Shown: piece after piece, positions 48,497 to 58,611 of the stretch | Numbering within the stretch: the stretch's first letter is position 1 | How the letters are laid out: each line of letters starts with the position of its first letter | Source of the DNA: a virus | Taxonomy: Duplodnaviria; Caudoviricetes | Length of the DNA stretch: 61,543 nucleotides | Strand: one strand, 5' to 3' | IMG/VR virus record: IMGVR_UViG_3300010354_000092 | Span: 1 to 61,543 of that record | Program-made: the position numbers and the translations under genes | The notes under the pieces: model-generated | Databases searched by the model: none | What the model saw: the letters and a program-made list of their open reading frames with translations, nothing else | Told to the model about the DNA's origin: nothing

Positions 48497-48954
48497 TGTC
48501 TCAATGGTACGCCAAAGTAAGTAAGGATATTTCTTACTTACCCCCATGTTTAGATTTTTATTATGATGAACTAGGTCAAGCAAGGCTAGAAGTTAAAATT
48601 CATGGGAACATTGAAAAATCTAGCTCTGCTTTGCCCGGTATTGTTGAACATCGATTTAATCAACTTCAAGAAATTGAAGCAATATTAGAATATCTTAATA
48701 TTGAGTTAAGAAGAATTCGTTCAAAGTCATTTAAAAAATATTTAGAAAACTATCAACGAGCACTGAGCTCGAGAGATGTTGAAAAATACGTCGACGGAGA
48801 AGCCGATGTAGTTGATATGGAAAAAGTTATTAACGAATTTGCTCTACTTCGAAATCAATGGCTCGGTATTGTCAAAGGTTTGGATATAAAACAATGGCAA
48901 TTAAGTAATATTATTAAACTTAGAACTGCTGGATTAGAGGATGCCTCTCTTTAA
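48496..48954 (+). CDS. uvsY: Recombination mediator
   Basis: Helical 152 aa with KYVDGE..V and KQWQLSNIIKLR UvsY-like C-terminus. Next to uvsX and uvsW. Confidence 0.75.
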   Translation: MSQWYAKVSKDISYLPPCLDFYYDELGQARLEVKIHGNIEKSSSALPGIVEHRFNQLQEIEAILEYLNIELRRIRSKSFKKYLENYQRALSSRDVEKYVDGEADVVDMEKVINEFALLRNQWLGIVKGLDIKQWQLSNIIKLRTAGLEDASL

Positions 48955-48993
48955 AGACTCGGACTTGAGTCTTTTTTGTTTTTAGTGTATAAT
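48953..48993 (+). promoter_or_regulatory. Terminator hairpin overlapping a sigma70 promoter
   Basis: AAAGACTC-GGACTT-GAGTCTTT hairpin. TTGAGT-17-TATAAT at 48965-48993, with ATG 5 nt later. Confidence 0.7.
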
Positions 48994-48998
48994 AAATT

Positions 48999-50201
48999 AT
49001 GTTTGTAGAAGATATCATTCATAGATTAGCCAACAGTGGACCATTTTTATTCACCGGTCCAGTTATACGTGTCAGTTCTATTGACCAAAACCTGATCAAT
49101 AGCCTCTCAGATCAACTGTCTAGGGGTAACGGTTTTACAGAAAAACAATCTGTACTTGCATTACGGTTAATTAACAAGTATTGGATGCAGTTAGAAGCGG
49201 CATTAAAAATTAATATTACTAAAATTACTTTAAATCCGCAATATAAACTTCCTATGCGAGTTTTATCAACGATAAAGACCGTTAAAATATCAGAAAGTGC
49301 TCAGTCAACCGGTTCTGCTATTCAGGTCGTATTCCCATATGACGAAAATTTAGTTGCAATTATAAAAAATTATAAAAAAGAAACTAGAGACAATTATATA
49401 AATTGGAACGGTGAAAATAAATCCTGGGATTTCCCATTAAAGGAAGAGTACTTGCATTGGATCAAACAAACATTGACTCCGTTGAACTTCGATTTTGACG
49501 AAAAAATCAAAGAACTGTTTGTTCAAATTGAACATATTGAAAAAAATATCGAAAATTATGTTCCTATGTTAGTTTTTGAGGATAATAAATTTCTTTTCAA
49601 AAACACACATACAAATATTCCTCAACCTACTTCTACAGATTTAATAGATGTGATGATTGAGGCAAAAAAATACGGAATTTTTACCTGGAGTGAAGATATA
49701 AATCTTGCTTTAGAACAATTAGACATAAACGAGTATCTAAAAAAATATCTTTTAGACAGCAATGTGAGAGTTTTGCCGTCTGGAACAGAAAAACTATCTT
49801 TTGACGATGTAAAATCTATAGCAAAATATAATTTACCATGTTTAGTAGTTCTTCCGGGAGGTTCAGAATATGCACATCTCAAGACCTGTATAGAGATGTT
49901 CAAAGATTCGGGCATCTTATCAGAAGAAATGACTGTTTTGTTTAGACTTGATAATTCAACAAAGAAAGATTTTAACGTTTTTGTAAAGGATTCTAATTTA
50001 AACAATCCATTAAGTGAAAAAATTAAGGTAGTGTTTATATCTGGTAAAATTCCTAAGCCTTTAATTGAATCAAAGATTAATTTTCCGGTTATAATTAACT
50101 TTGGTATAAGCGGAGTACATTATACTTTGTCAAATTATCTAAAAAATCATCATTTTGTAGTAAACTATACACTTAAGGAGCAAGATTTTGCCAAGCTGTA
50201 A
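48999..50201 (+). CDS. Hypothetical protein with HARP-like segment
   Basis: VFPYDENLVAIIK...WNGENKSWDF. Overlaps the uvsW start. Confidence 0.5.
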   Translation: MFVEDIIHRLANSGPFLFTGPVIRVSSIDQNLINSLSDQLSRGNGFTEKQSVLALRLINKYWMQLEAALKINITKITLNPQYKLPMRVLSTIKTVKISESAQSTGSAIQVVFPYDENLVAIIKNYKKETRDNYINWNGENKSWDFPLKEEYLHWIKQTLTPLNFDFDEKIKELFVQIEHIEKNIENYVPMLVFEDNKFLFKNTHTNIPQPTSTDLIDVMIEAKKYGIFTWSEDINLALEQLDINEYLKKYLLDSNVRVLPSGTEKLSFDDVKSIAKYNLPCLVVLPGGSEYAHLKTCIEMFKDSGILSEEMTVLFRLDNSTKKDFNVFVKDSNLNNPLSEKIKVVFISGKIPKPLIESKINFPVIINFGISGVHYTLSNYLKNHHFVVNYTLKEQDFAKL

Positions 50202-51645
50202 AGTTATTATTAAAGATGAGGTTAATGTTAAGATTGAAAATTTACATCTTGACACAAGAAAGGCCTTGGTGCGTAAATTTAAGTACGAGGATCCTACTGC
50301 AAGATTCCGACCAGCCTACAAATTGGGTCGCTGGGACGGGACTGTAAGCTTTTTTGGGCTCGGTGGCACAACCTATCTGTCAATGTTACCCCAGGTTTTA
50401 GAATTCTTAGAAGAAAAAAATTATTATATAGAACTAGAAGATCATAGAAACAATACTGATCTAAAATTTGTCGAAATTTCCAGTGATTTTTGGGGTGAAA
50501 AACGGTGGCCAAAAGGACATAGATTTGAGGGAGAGTTGATAAGACTTAGAAATGACCAAGTAGAAGTTATCAACAAATTTTTAGAAAATCCTCAGTGTAT
50601 ACAAGAAATTGCCACAGGCTTTGGAAAAACCATAACCACAGCAACTTTGGCAAAAATCTGTGAAAAATACGGTCGTACTATCACCATCGTGCCAAATAAA
50701 AGTTTGGTAGAACAAACCGAAGAAGACTTCATTAACGTAGGTTTAGATGTAGGTGTGTATTACGGAGACAGGAAAGATCTTAATAAAACACATACTATTG
50801 CAACTTGGCAAAGTTTGAACATTTTAGAGAAAAAATCTCATGATTTTCCTGACGAAATTGTCACTTTGGCTGAATTTTTAGAAGGTATTGAATGTGTTAT
50901 GGTTGATGAGGTACACATGGCTAAAGCCGAAGTACTTAAAAAATTATTAACACAAAATTTGAGCCATGCACCAATACGATGGGGACTTACAGGAACAGTT
51001 CCTAAAGCAGATCATGAGTTTCAAAGCCTTAAGGCCAGTCTAGGAGAAGTGGTAAATCGAGTAGCTGCACACGAACTTCAAGAGAAAGGTGTCCTTAGCG
51101 AATGCCATGTTCAAATCATACAAACGGCAGAATGGAAAGAATTTAAATCTTATGCTGAAGAACTAAAATACCTAGTTACTGATGAAACAAGAATGACCTG
51201 GATTAGCCAACTAATCAATAAAATCTCAGAATCTGGAAATACATTGGTGTTGGTTGACAGAATTGAATCAGGACGTATAATAACAAATAGTATAGCTGAT
51301 TCTGTTTTTATATCAGGAGAAGTGAAGACTAAAGATCGAAAAGAAGAGTATGACGAAATTAGGACCGCAAATAACAAAATTATTGTTGCAACATATGGTG
51401 TTGCGGCTGTTGGCATTAATATTCCTCGTATATTTAATTTGGTCCTCTTGGAGCCTGGTAAATCGTTTGTTAGAGTTATCCAATCAATAGGAAGAGGAAT
51501 TAGAAAGGCAGATGACAAAGATTTTGTTCAGATATGGGATATCACTGCTGGTGCAAAATACGCTAAACGCCACCTCACTGAAAGGAAAAAATTCTATAAA
51601 GAAGCCAAGTATCCATTTACGATTGACAAGGTAAAATACATATAA
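50188..51645 (+). CDS. uvsW: SF2 DNA helicase
   Basis: ATGFGKT, DEVH, GLTGT and QSIGRGIR motifs. Confidence 0.92.
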   Translation: MPSCKVIIKDEVNVKIENLHLDTRKALVRKFKYEDPTARFRPAYKLGRWDGTVSFFGLGGTTYLSMLPQVLEFLEEKNYYIELEDHRNNTDLKFVEISSDFWGEKRWPKGHRFEGELIRLRNDQVEVINKFLENPQCIQEIATGFGKTITTATLAKICEKYGRTITIVPNKSLVEQTEEDFINVGLDVGVYYGDRKDLNKTHTIATWQSLNILEKKSHDFPDEIVTLAEFLEGIECVMVDEVHMAKAEVLKKLLTQNLSHAPIRWGLTGTVPKADHEFQSLKASLGEVVNRVAAHELQEKGVLSECHVQIIQTAEWKEFKSYAEELKYLVTDETRMTWISQLINKISESGNTLVLVDRIESGRIITNSIADSVFISGEVKTKDRKEEYDEIRTANNKIIVATYGVAAVGINIPRIFNLVLLEPGKSFVRVIQSIGRGIRKADDKDFVQIWDITAGAKYAKRHLTERKKFYKEAKYPFTIDKVKYI

Positions 51646-52148
51646 TGCAGATATTAACATTAGATAACAAAACATTCTACTTGAATGATTTGCCGGATGA
51701 ATTAGAGGAAGATTTAAGATTTTCAGTATTAGACAATAGTGATAATCAAAATCCAGATTATTTTTTTATTCCTTTAATCTTTCTCGAAAGTTTTACAGGA
51801 CCGGCTGTAGTTTTAAAAATAGGTCCTCATGAACTTACTATGCCATTAGATTGGTGTACCATAGTCGGAGATCCAGAAGGTCCAGATATGGAAGTTCTTC
51901 CGATCACTAGTTTAAATGATAGAGGATTTAAAACATTCTGTTTCAATCCTTTGTCCAGTTTCAGGCCCGAATTTCATGAAATTGACATTATTAATGTATA
52001 CCAAGATGTAAAGTGGTATTTTCCTAAGATGCGTCCCGGGCAACTATTATGCACTCCATTACATGGAGGAGAAAATCCTCTCTGCGCATATTTCGTCAAA
52101 GAAGTAAGCAGACAATGTGAAATAGTAGATTATACTAAATGTTGGTGA
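51645..52148 (+). CDS. Conserved hypothetical protein (possible degenerate Hint-like beta fold)
   Basis: 167-aa ORF coupled to uvsW. Confidence 0.5.
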   Translation: MQILTLDNKTFYLNDLPDELEEDLRFSVLDNSDNQNPDYFFIPLIFLESFTGPAVVLKIGPHELTMPLDWCTIVGDPEGPDMEVLPITSLNDRGFKTFCFNPLSSFRPEFHEIDIINVYQDVKWYFPKMRPGQLLCTPLHGGENPLCAYFVKEVSRQCEIVDYTKCW

Positions 52149-52151
52149 TCT

Positions 52152-52427
52152 ATGGGAACGCTAAGACCTGGAGCAACTATTGTATATGAAACACCAGATA
52201 ACGGAAAAACTATCTATGGTAGATACGAAGGTGAAACTGAGAGATTTATTGTAGGGCAAAACATTTCCACTAGGCATGATCCTTTAGAAGATCATGAAAG
52301 AAATCTTTGGTACGAGATAAGACAGACCGCTAAAACTGATCCTGCTTTACAAAAAGAATTAGATCGTGTAAAATCATTGTATTACCTTAAATTAAAAGAC
52401 AAACCTTTATTTTGGCATCCGGTATAA
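52152..52427 (+). CDS. Hypothetical protein
   Basis: 91 aa, YETPDNGKTIYGR. Confidence 0.55.
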   Translation: MGTLRPGATIVYETPDNGKTIYGRYEGETERFIVGQNISTRHDPLEDHERNLWYEIRQTAKTDPALQKELDRVKSLYYLKLKDKPLFWHPV

Positions 52428-52428
52428 A

Positions 52429-52890
52429 ATGGCAGCAAAGTTAGATATTAAAAGAGAACTTAAGGCAGTAGATCTAAAAAATTACGACTTCTATAGTAAT
52501 CTCACAGATGAAGAAAAGAAATCGTTCAGCCCCTATATATTAATGAGATACACCAGTAATGTACAGGGTGATAGAGAAATACAAGAGTGGTTTCTAGAAA
52601 TGACTAACGAAGCAGTGAATAAGAATCACTGGCTGTTAAGTAAGCATCATAAGAATTTACTATGGAAATTATTTGCTACTACAGGAGCAGGTATAAGCTG
52701 TTACCATCCCTATTTGGCCGCCGGAAAAAAAGAAAAAATTAATAAAATAGAAAAACTTTTAGCCGAATTAAAACCATCAATGAAAATAGATGAAATAAAA
52801 TTACTTGCTAAAATGATGACGGCTGAAGATATAGAAGATCTATTTGATAGTTTAGGTTTTGATAAGAAACAGAGAAAAGAGTACGAATAA
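52429..52890 (+). CDS. Putative clamp-loader small subunit (T4 gp62-like)
   Basis: FSPYILMRY..., EAVN...HKNLLWKL. Located in the replication cluster. Confidence 0.5.
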   Translation: MAAKLDIKRELKAVDLKNYDFYSNLTDEEKKSFSPYILMRYTSNVQGDREIQEWFLEMTNEAVNKNHWLLSKHHKNLLWKLFATTGAGISCYHPYLAAGKKEKINKIEKLLAELKPSMKIDEIKLLAKMMTAEDIEDLFDSLGFDKKQRKEYE

Positions 52891-52891
52891 A

Positions 52892-53587
52892 ATGATAGCA
52901 CTAGTCGAACAACCGTTTGATTGCGTACACTGTGGCAAGAGTTTTATGAAGGAAAAAACTCTAATAGCTCATATGTGTGAAAACAAAAGAAGATTTTTGC
53001 AACGCGATGAAAAACGTGTTCAAACTGGTTTCTATACCTATACAAAATTTTATCAAACTACTCAAAATAGTAAAAAACAAAAAACCTATGAGGATTTTTG
53101 TAAGAGTTCGTATTATAATGCATTTGTTAAGTTTGGTAGTTATATTAACAATATTAATCCTTTATACCCAGAAAAATATATTGACTATGTAATTAAATCT
53201 GGTGTTAAATTAGATCATTGGTGCAGAGACGAACTATACGAAACTTACCTCTATGACATAATTAAAAAAGAGCCAGTAGAAAGTGCCGTACAAAGAACAG
53301 TTCAAAATATGATGGCCTGGGCAGATGTTAGCCAGGCAGAATTCAATCACTATTTTCTTTATGTAAATCTTAATAAAGCAGTTCACGATATCAAAGATGG
53401 TAAAATTAGTCCTTGGGTCGTATTAAATTGTAAGAGCGGCAAGGATATGTTGAATAAATTTACTGATGAGCAGCTAGATCTTATTTCTCCTGCGCTAGAT
53501 GTAAGCTACTGGCTTAAAAAATTTAAATCATTGCCGGCTGATGTAATGTTGGTCAAAGAAATTTGTAAGGAGGCGGGTATATTATGA
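52892..53587 (+). CDS. C2H2/C2HC zinc-finger protein
   Basis: FDCVHCGKSFMKEKTLIAHMC. Start moved to ATG 52892. Confidence 0.6.
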   Translation: MIALVEQPFDCVHCGKSFMKEKTLIAHMCENKRRFLQRDEKRVQTGFYTYTKFYQTTQNSKKQKTYEDFCKSSYYNAFVKFGSYINNINPLYPEKYIDYVIKSGVKLDHWCRDELYETYLYDIIKKEPVESAVQRTVQNMMAWADVSQAEFNHYFLYVNLNKAVHDIKDGKISPWVVLNCKSGKDMLNKFTDEQLDLISPALDVSYWLKKFKSLPADVMLVKEICKEAGIL

Positions 53588-54327
53588 ATGTTGCATATCT
53601 ATTTCATGGACATTCTAGAACATGGAATCAGTGTTATCAAAGTTTTTTTGAAAAAGTTTTTAATCATATGCCTGGGGATATCTATATCCATACCTGGGAT
53701 AAAGTTAATGCCAAGGCAGGATCTTGGTGGAACGGATATGGTCATTTACGTGGACACAATTTAGAAATATCATTACGGGATGCCGATTTGTCAGGAATCT
53801 TTGCCGCCTATCGTCCTAAAAAAATGATAGTAGAAGAACATCCTCAGCCTGATATTACTCAATATAATTTTCCTGCACACATAGCAGACCAAGCACCTGC
53901 TATAATGGGTATAAAATGTATGCTAAAATCAAGAAGAACAGTTTTTGAAGAGGCTATGAAGGAAAAAACTTATGATAGACTCTTTAGTCTACGTATGGAC
54001 ATTGAGTTTCTTAATAATATAGATGTTGAAGAATTTAAACAAAATTTTTTATATAGACCTAATAAGCTAGACAACATAGATTTATGGAATCAAGGATCTC
54101 CAGACGGTATTGACATACTGTCAAAATATTATTACAATATAGATACACACTGGTTTAACAATTCAAGTATTCATAATCCTTTTTATGAAATGAGATTGTC
54201 AAGCTTCTTAGGAGAGAATGGAATTCAAATTGATCATCCTGGATTTGCTCATTTTAACGGTGGTGGTCCAAAAAACATTTCAATGAAAGAATCAACCTTA
54301 GAAGCTAAAATGGTAAGATTATTTTAA
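53584..54327 (+). CDS. Hypothetical glycosyltransferase-like protein
   Basis: VAYLFHGHSRT, DIYIHTWD and YDRLFSLRMD pattern seen in glycan-related proteins. Confidence 0.45.
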   Translation: MNVAYLFHGHSRTWNQCYQSFFEKVFNHMPGDIYIHTWDKVNAKAGSWWNGYGHLRGHNLEISLRDADLSGIFAAYRPKKMIVEEHPQPDITQYNFPAHIADQAPAIMGIKCMLKSRRTVFEEAMKEKTYDRLFSLRMDIEFLNNIDVEEFKQNFLYRPNKLDNIDLWNQGSPDGIDILSKYYYNIDTHWFNNSSIHNPFYEMRLSSFLGENGIQIDHPGFAHFNGGGPKNISMKESTLEAKMVRLF

Positions 54328-54328
54328 T

Positions 54329-54907
54329 ATGCCAGATATTGATATTGATTTTTTTGATAGAGAAATAATTCTAGAAAAACTAGATCACATTCGTGCCTCT
54401 AGACAAGAAAACAACGAACTAAAAAAACATAACACTGGTGTTTATTTCCAACCAATACCTATAAATCCTTTTTTAGGAATAGCCTCTATAGATCATAAAG
54501 AAGCTGATCAAAGAGGTTATTTTAAATTGGACTTTTTAAATGTAAACATATATAAAGATATACGTAGCGAAGAACATCTAAATGAATTGTTAAACAAGGA
54601 ACCATTATGGGATTTACTGGAACAGGACGATTTCGTCAACTTGCTCTTTCACGTCAACGGACATGGTTCGATCTTAAGAAGTATGAAGCCAAGGACGATA
54701 CCCCAACTTGCGGCAGTTTTGGCAATGATTCGCCCCGCGAAACGTTATCTGATTGGGAAAGACTGGAATATCGTGATGAACGAGATATGGACTAAACCTC
54801 AGGGCGACGAGTATTATTTTAAAAAATCACACGCTACTGCTTACGCAATGGTGATCGTAGTTCAAATGAATTTGATCTGTGAACAGATCAGTTACGAGTT
54901 TTCTTAG
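54329..54907 (+). CDS. Miniature DNA polymerase III alpha-like (C-family) protein
   Basis: PDIDIDF, KHNTGVY, GYFKLDFL, AMIRPA and YYFKKSHATAYA in DnaE order within 192 aa. Confidence 0.8.
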   Translation: MPDIDIDFFDREIILEKLDHIRASRQENNELKKHNTGVYFQPIPINPFLGIASIDHKEADQRGYFKLDFLNVNIYKDIRSEEHLNELLNKEPLWDLLEQDDFVNLLFHVNGHGSILRSMKPRTIPQLAAVLAMIRPAKRYLIGKDWNIVMNEIWTKPQGDEYYFKKSHATAYAMVIVVQMNLICEQISYEFS

Positions 54908-55271
54908 GATTCCTAACAAGCTGAATAGACTTTCTCTTTATTCTTTTTTCAGCTATATCACCTAAATTAACTGTAGGACCAAAAACTACTTCTACATCTT
55001 TACTGTTAAATGTTTTGATGTAGGGTCTAAAAACTATCATATCTTGTTTTAGAAAAATATTAATAGGTATTTTCCTATTACTCTCCCACCACCATACTTC
55101 GCCAAGTTCTAAAAATTGGTTTTTTTCTTGGTCGGTTTTTATAGAAGCATAGTCATATATGCTAGTTACGTGATTGTCAAAATTAATAATTATTCCTAGA
55201 TATTCAGTATCTGTACATTTTATACAGGTCATAAAAGGATAATTTGTTTGGAAGCTGTTCTTGGCTGTCAT
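54888..55271 (-). CDS. Conserved hypothetical protein
   Basis: 127 aa, FLELGEVWWWESNRKIPINIFL. TATAAATA on the minus strand near 55308-55315. Confidence 0.6.
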   Translation of the reverse strand: MTAKNSFQTNYPFMTCIKCTDTEYLGIIINFDNHVTSIYDYASIKTDQEKNQFLELGEVWWWESNRKIPINIFLKQDMIVFRPYIKTFNSKDVEVVFGPTVNLGDIAEKRIKRKSIQLVRNPKKTRN

Positions 55272-55289
55272 TATTGAATAAATACGCTT

Positions 55290-56132
55290 ATGCAGAAATT
55301 ACCAGTCTATTTATACACCAATTTGTTCGAAGTAGTGCTAGATCTGGACAATAACAAAGGGATACATCAGATTATGTACCAACGACCTTTACAAATACAA
55401 AAAGGAATTAAAACACCTGTACAGATTCAATTTAAGAACAGCGATCAAAAGCTCTTAAATATTAGCTCTTCTACTTTTATAATGCAGGTAACAGATCCTA
55501 TAGACAACAGGACTTTACTTTCAAAAACAGTTGATATTCTAGACGACGGAGTTACCTTCAGTCTTAAAGGATTGGCAAAAGTTACATTTACAGAAGCAGA
55601 AACATTGGAATTAGATAAGAAAAGTTATAATTTCAGTTTCCTAAAATTAGACACAGACGGCAGTTATATTCCTGCCTACAGTGATGTGTATTATGGTGTA
55701 AGTGGTACATTGGAAATTAAATCTGATATCTATCCTGCTGCTAATGCCAGTAAAGAAGTTACTGTTTTTCAAAGATTTTACAATACTGATCCTGGAAAAC
55801 TATATTGGGAATATTACTCAGGTAATATAGATGCTGACCCGGAATTACAAACAGGACCTGCTCTCCATACAGTGGCAGTATATATGACCAATTATAAAGG
55901 GTCAGTTTACATAGAAGCAACTATGGATAATAGCCCTAGCACATTTGGCGATTATACAATAGTAGCCAACGGGCAATATAGAACGGCAACCACTGATGTA
56001 AAATATTTTAATTTTAATGGGGTCTTTAGCCACATTCGAGTAAGACACATTCCGGATAAGGATCCGGGTACAGGACAAAACGATAATCCTGCTTTAACTG
56101 GTACAGTTGACAAAATATTGTACAGAAGTTAA
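55290..56132 (+). CDS. Late structural-type protein (Ig/BppU-like N-terminus)
   Basis: TAAATA-N5-ATG start. Beta-rich, QFKNSDQKLLNIS. Confidence 0.5.
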   Translation: MQKLPVYLYTNLFEVVLDLDNNKGIHQIMYQRPLQIQKGIKTPVQIQFKNSDQKLLNISSSTFIMQVTDPIDNRTLLSKTVDILDDGVTFSLKGLAKVTFTEAETLELDKKSYNFSFLKLDTDGSYIPAYSDVYYGVSGTLEIKSDIYPAANASKEVTVFQRFYNTDPGKLYWEYYSGNIDADPELQTGPALHTVAVYMTNYKGSVYIEATMDNSPSTFGDYTIVANGQYRTATTDVKYFNFNGVFSHIRVRHIPDKDPGTGQNDNPALTGTVDKILYRS

Positions 56133-56135
56133 ACT
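56107..56135 (+). promoter_or_regulatory. Sigma70-type promoter for primase-helicase
   Basis: TTGACA-17-TAAACT, with ATG 6 nt downstream. Confidence 0.65.
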
Positions 56136-56141
56136 GTATGC

Positions 56142-57137
56142 ATGAATCTTATTCAGCAAACCGTTAATCAATTCTTACCTTTAAAAAAGAAAAATACTCC
56201 AAGCGGTTGGATAAGTTTTAACGCACCTTGTTGCCACCACAGAGGTGAAAATGTAGATAAACGTATGCGAGGCGGTCTCCTTTTTTCAGGAGAAGGTTTT
56301 CAATATCATTGTTTTAACTGTAATTTTAAAGCTGGTTGGACTCCTGGAAAATTGTTCAGCAAGAACAGTAAAGAACTGTTAAAATGGTTCGGTATTCCAG
56401 ATAGTGAAATTCAAAAGTTAAATTTGGTAGTGTTAAAGACCAAAGAAGATATACCAAAGCCAGAAAAGATAATATCGTTTGATCTAGAAGAACGGCCTTT
56501 ACCAGACGGCACAGTAAAGATATCTGATCTATTAAACGCCGGATATCAAGATGAGAATTTTTTACAGGTTGTAGAGTATCTGCTAATTAAAAGAAAAGTG
56601 GAACTAGAGTGGTTTGACTGGATGTGGACAGATGCCGCAGGATATAATGACAGAGTAATTATTCCTTTTTATAATCAAGGCAAAGTTGTAGGTTGGACTG
56701 GAAGAAAGATTTCAGACGGAAAGCCTAAATATCTAACCAGTGCCCAACCGGGCTATGTTTTTAATATTGATCGTCAAAATGTAGATAGAAAATATATCAT
56801 AGTTGTAGAAGGTCAGTTTGATGCTATAGCTGTTGATGGCTGTGCTATTATGCATAATGAACCTAATGATACTCAGGTTGCTAGGATTAACCAACAGAAC
56901 AAGGAAGTAATTGTAGTACCTGATAAAGATAAACCCGGGGCAAAGTTAGTCAAGGCCGCATTAGAAAACAATTGGTCTGTGAGCCTACCAGATTGGGGTG
57001 CAGAAATTAAGGATGTTGCAGATGCTGTGAAAATCTACGGAAGATTGTATACTTTATATTCTATACTGCAATACAGAGAATCAAATAAAATAAAGATAGA
57101 ACTTATTAAGAAAAAGTTAGAAAATTTACATGAATAA
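56142..57137 (+). CDS. DNA primase (T4 gp61/DnaG-like)
   Basis: Zn-binding CC..HCFNC, RVIIPF, PKYL, and TOPRIM VEGQFDA and PDKD. Confidence 0.88.
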   Translation: MNLIQQTVNQFLPLKKKNTPSGWISFNAPCCHHRGENVDKRMRGGLLFSGEGFQYHCFNCNFKAGWTPGKLFSKNSKELLKWFGIPDSEIQKLNLVVLKTKEDIPKPEKIISFDLEERPLPDGTVKISDLLNAGYQDENFLQVVEYLLIKRKVELEWFDWMWTDAAGYNDRVIIPFYNQGKVVGWTGRKISDGKPKYLTSAQPGYVFNIDRQNVDRKYIIVVEGQFDAIAVDGCAIMHNEPNDTQVARINQQNKEVIVVPDKDKPGAKLVKAALENNWSVSLPDWGAEIKDVADAVKIYGRLYTLYSILQYRESNKIKIELIKKKLENLHE

Positions 57138-58611
57138 GAAACAACAAAACAAACCAAACTATGATTCTGATATGCAGAAACTCTACTTAGAAATGTTTCT
57201 ATCAGATGCCGAAACTTTTATACGTTGTCAAAATATATTTGACCCAGAAAACTTTGATCGCAAATTAAAAGAAGCCGCAGAGTTTATGACTACCTATGTA
57301 GACAAATATAAGGTAGTTCCTGAAACAGATATTATTAATGCAGCCTGTAAAACTGATCTCAAGACTGTTTCACTGCCCAAGGAAAACTACGAATGGTTAA
57401 TGGAGGAGTTTGAAAACTTTAGTAGACATAAAGGATTAGAACGTGCTATTTTAAAATCTGCAGATCTGTTAGAAGCAGGCGATTATGGTCCGGTAGAAAA
57501 GTTAATCAAAGATGCTATCCAGATTAGTTTGAACAAAGACATGGGCACAGACTACTTTGAAGATCCTAGGGCCCGCCTTACTAAACTCAAAGACGGAAAC
57601 GGACAGATATCTACTGGGTGGCCTAGTATTGATAAGAAGTTGTACGGTGGATTCAATAGGGGTGAGCTTAATATTTTCTGTGCAGGATCAGGTGGTGGTA
57701 AGAGTTTGTTCTTAGCTAATCTTGGTGTCAATTGGGCATTGCAGGGTTTAAACGTGCTATACCTTACATTTGAATTAGCAGAAGGTTTAGTGTCAATGCG
57801 TTTAGATTCTATGACCACAGGTATTGCTACTCGAGAAGTTTTTAGAAACATCGACGACGTAGAACTTAAAGTTAAAATGTTGGGAAAAAGCGCAGGAAAC
57901 ATACAGATCAAGTATATGCCTTCAGGGAAAAATTGTAACGATATTAGGTCATATTTGAAGGAATATCAGGTCAAAAAAGGCCATAAACCAGACGTAATTT
58001 TAATAGATTACCTGGATTTGATGATGCCTTTGTCTGTGAAGGTATCGCCCAGTGATTTGTTCGTAAAAGACAAATATGTATCAGAAGAGATTAGAAACCT
58101 AGCGATGGAGACGCAGTGCATCACTGTTACAGCTTCACAGTTAAATCGTTCAGCAGTAGAAGAAATCGAGTTTGATCACAGTCATATTTCAGGAGGCCTG
58201 TCAAAGATTATGACAGCAGATAATGTGATTGGTATCTTTACCAGTCGTGCTATGAAAGAACGCGGACGTTATCAAATACAGTTTATGAAAACTCGTTCAA
58301 GTTCTGGTGTAGGACAAAAGGTAGATTTAGAGTTTAATGTAGAAACTCTGCGTATTACAGATCTAGGAGAAGACGGAGACAGTCAATCAAGTTACAGTCC
58401 GGGACCTAAACCTCAGACCAACGGTAGTGGAATTTATAGTAATTTAAAACGTACCAGCTCTGTTAGCACAGTGACCAGTGTAGACCCTGATACAGGAGAA
58501 ATTACTGAAGTCGATCCTACACAGGGTAGTTCTGCTCCCAAAGTCAAAGCGGATGTAGGCGGTAGTAAACTGCGGGCTATGTTGGCAAATCTTAACTCAG
58601 AACGAGATTAA
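57130..58611 (+). CDS. Replicative helicase (T4 gp41/DnaB-like)
   Basis: AGSGGGKS, IDYLDL, TASQLNR and KTR motifs. Confidence 0.92.
   Translation: MNKKQQNKPNYDSDMQKLYLEMFLSDAETFIRCQNIFDPENFDRKLKEAAEFMTTYVDKYKVVPETDIINAACKTDLKTVSLPKENYEWLMEEFENFSRHKGLERAILKSADLLEAGDYGPVEKLIKDAIQISLNKDMGTDYFEDPRARLTKLKDGNGQISTGWPSIDKKLYGGFNRGELNIFCAGSGGGKSLFLANLGVNWALQGLNVLYLTFELAEGLVSMRLDSMTTGIATREVFRNIDDVELKVKMLGKSAGNIQIKYMPSGKNCNDIRSYLKEYQVKKGHKPDVILIDYLDLMMPLSVKVSPSDLFVKDKYVSEEIRNLAMETQCITVTASQLNRSAVEEIEFDHSHISGGLSKIMTADNVIGIFTSRAMKERGRYQIQFMKTRSSSGVGQKVDLEFNVETLRITDLGEDGDSQSSYSPGPKPQTNGSGIYSNLKRTSSVSTVTSVDPDTGEITEVDPTQGSSAPKVKADVGGSKLRAMLANLNSERD

Noticed and set aside
3697-57911. Numerous short antisense or alternate-frame ORFs in the track (e.g. 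7988-8302, 8863-9396, 12805-13203, 43174-43668, 51150-51518)
   Set aside because: They lie wholly within well-supported genes, lack RBS or promoter, and have no recognisable motifs. They are shadow ORFs.
42449-58611. Inteins or introns in terminase, UvsX, UvsW, primase or helicase
   Set aside because: Lengths are ordinary and the motifs are contiguous, with no LAGLIDADG or splice-junction signatures.
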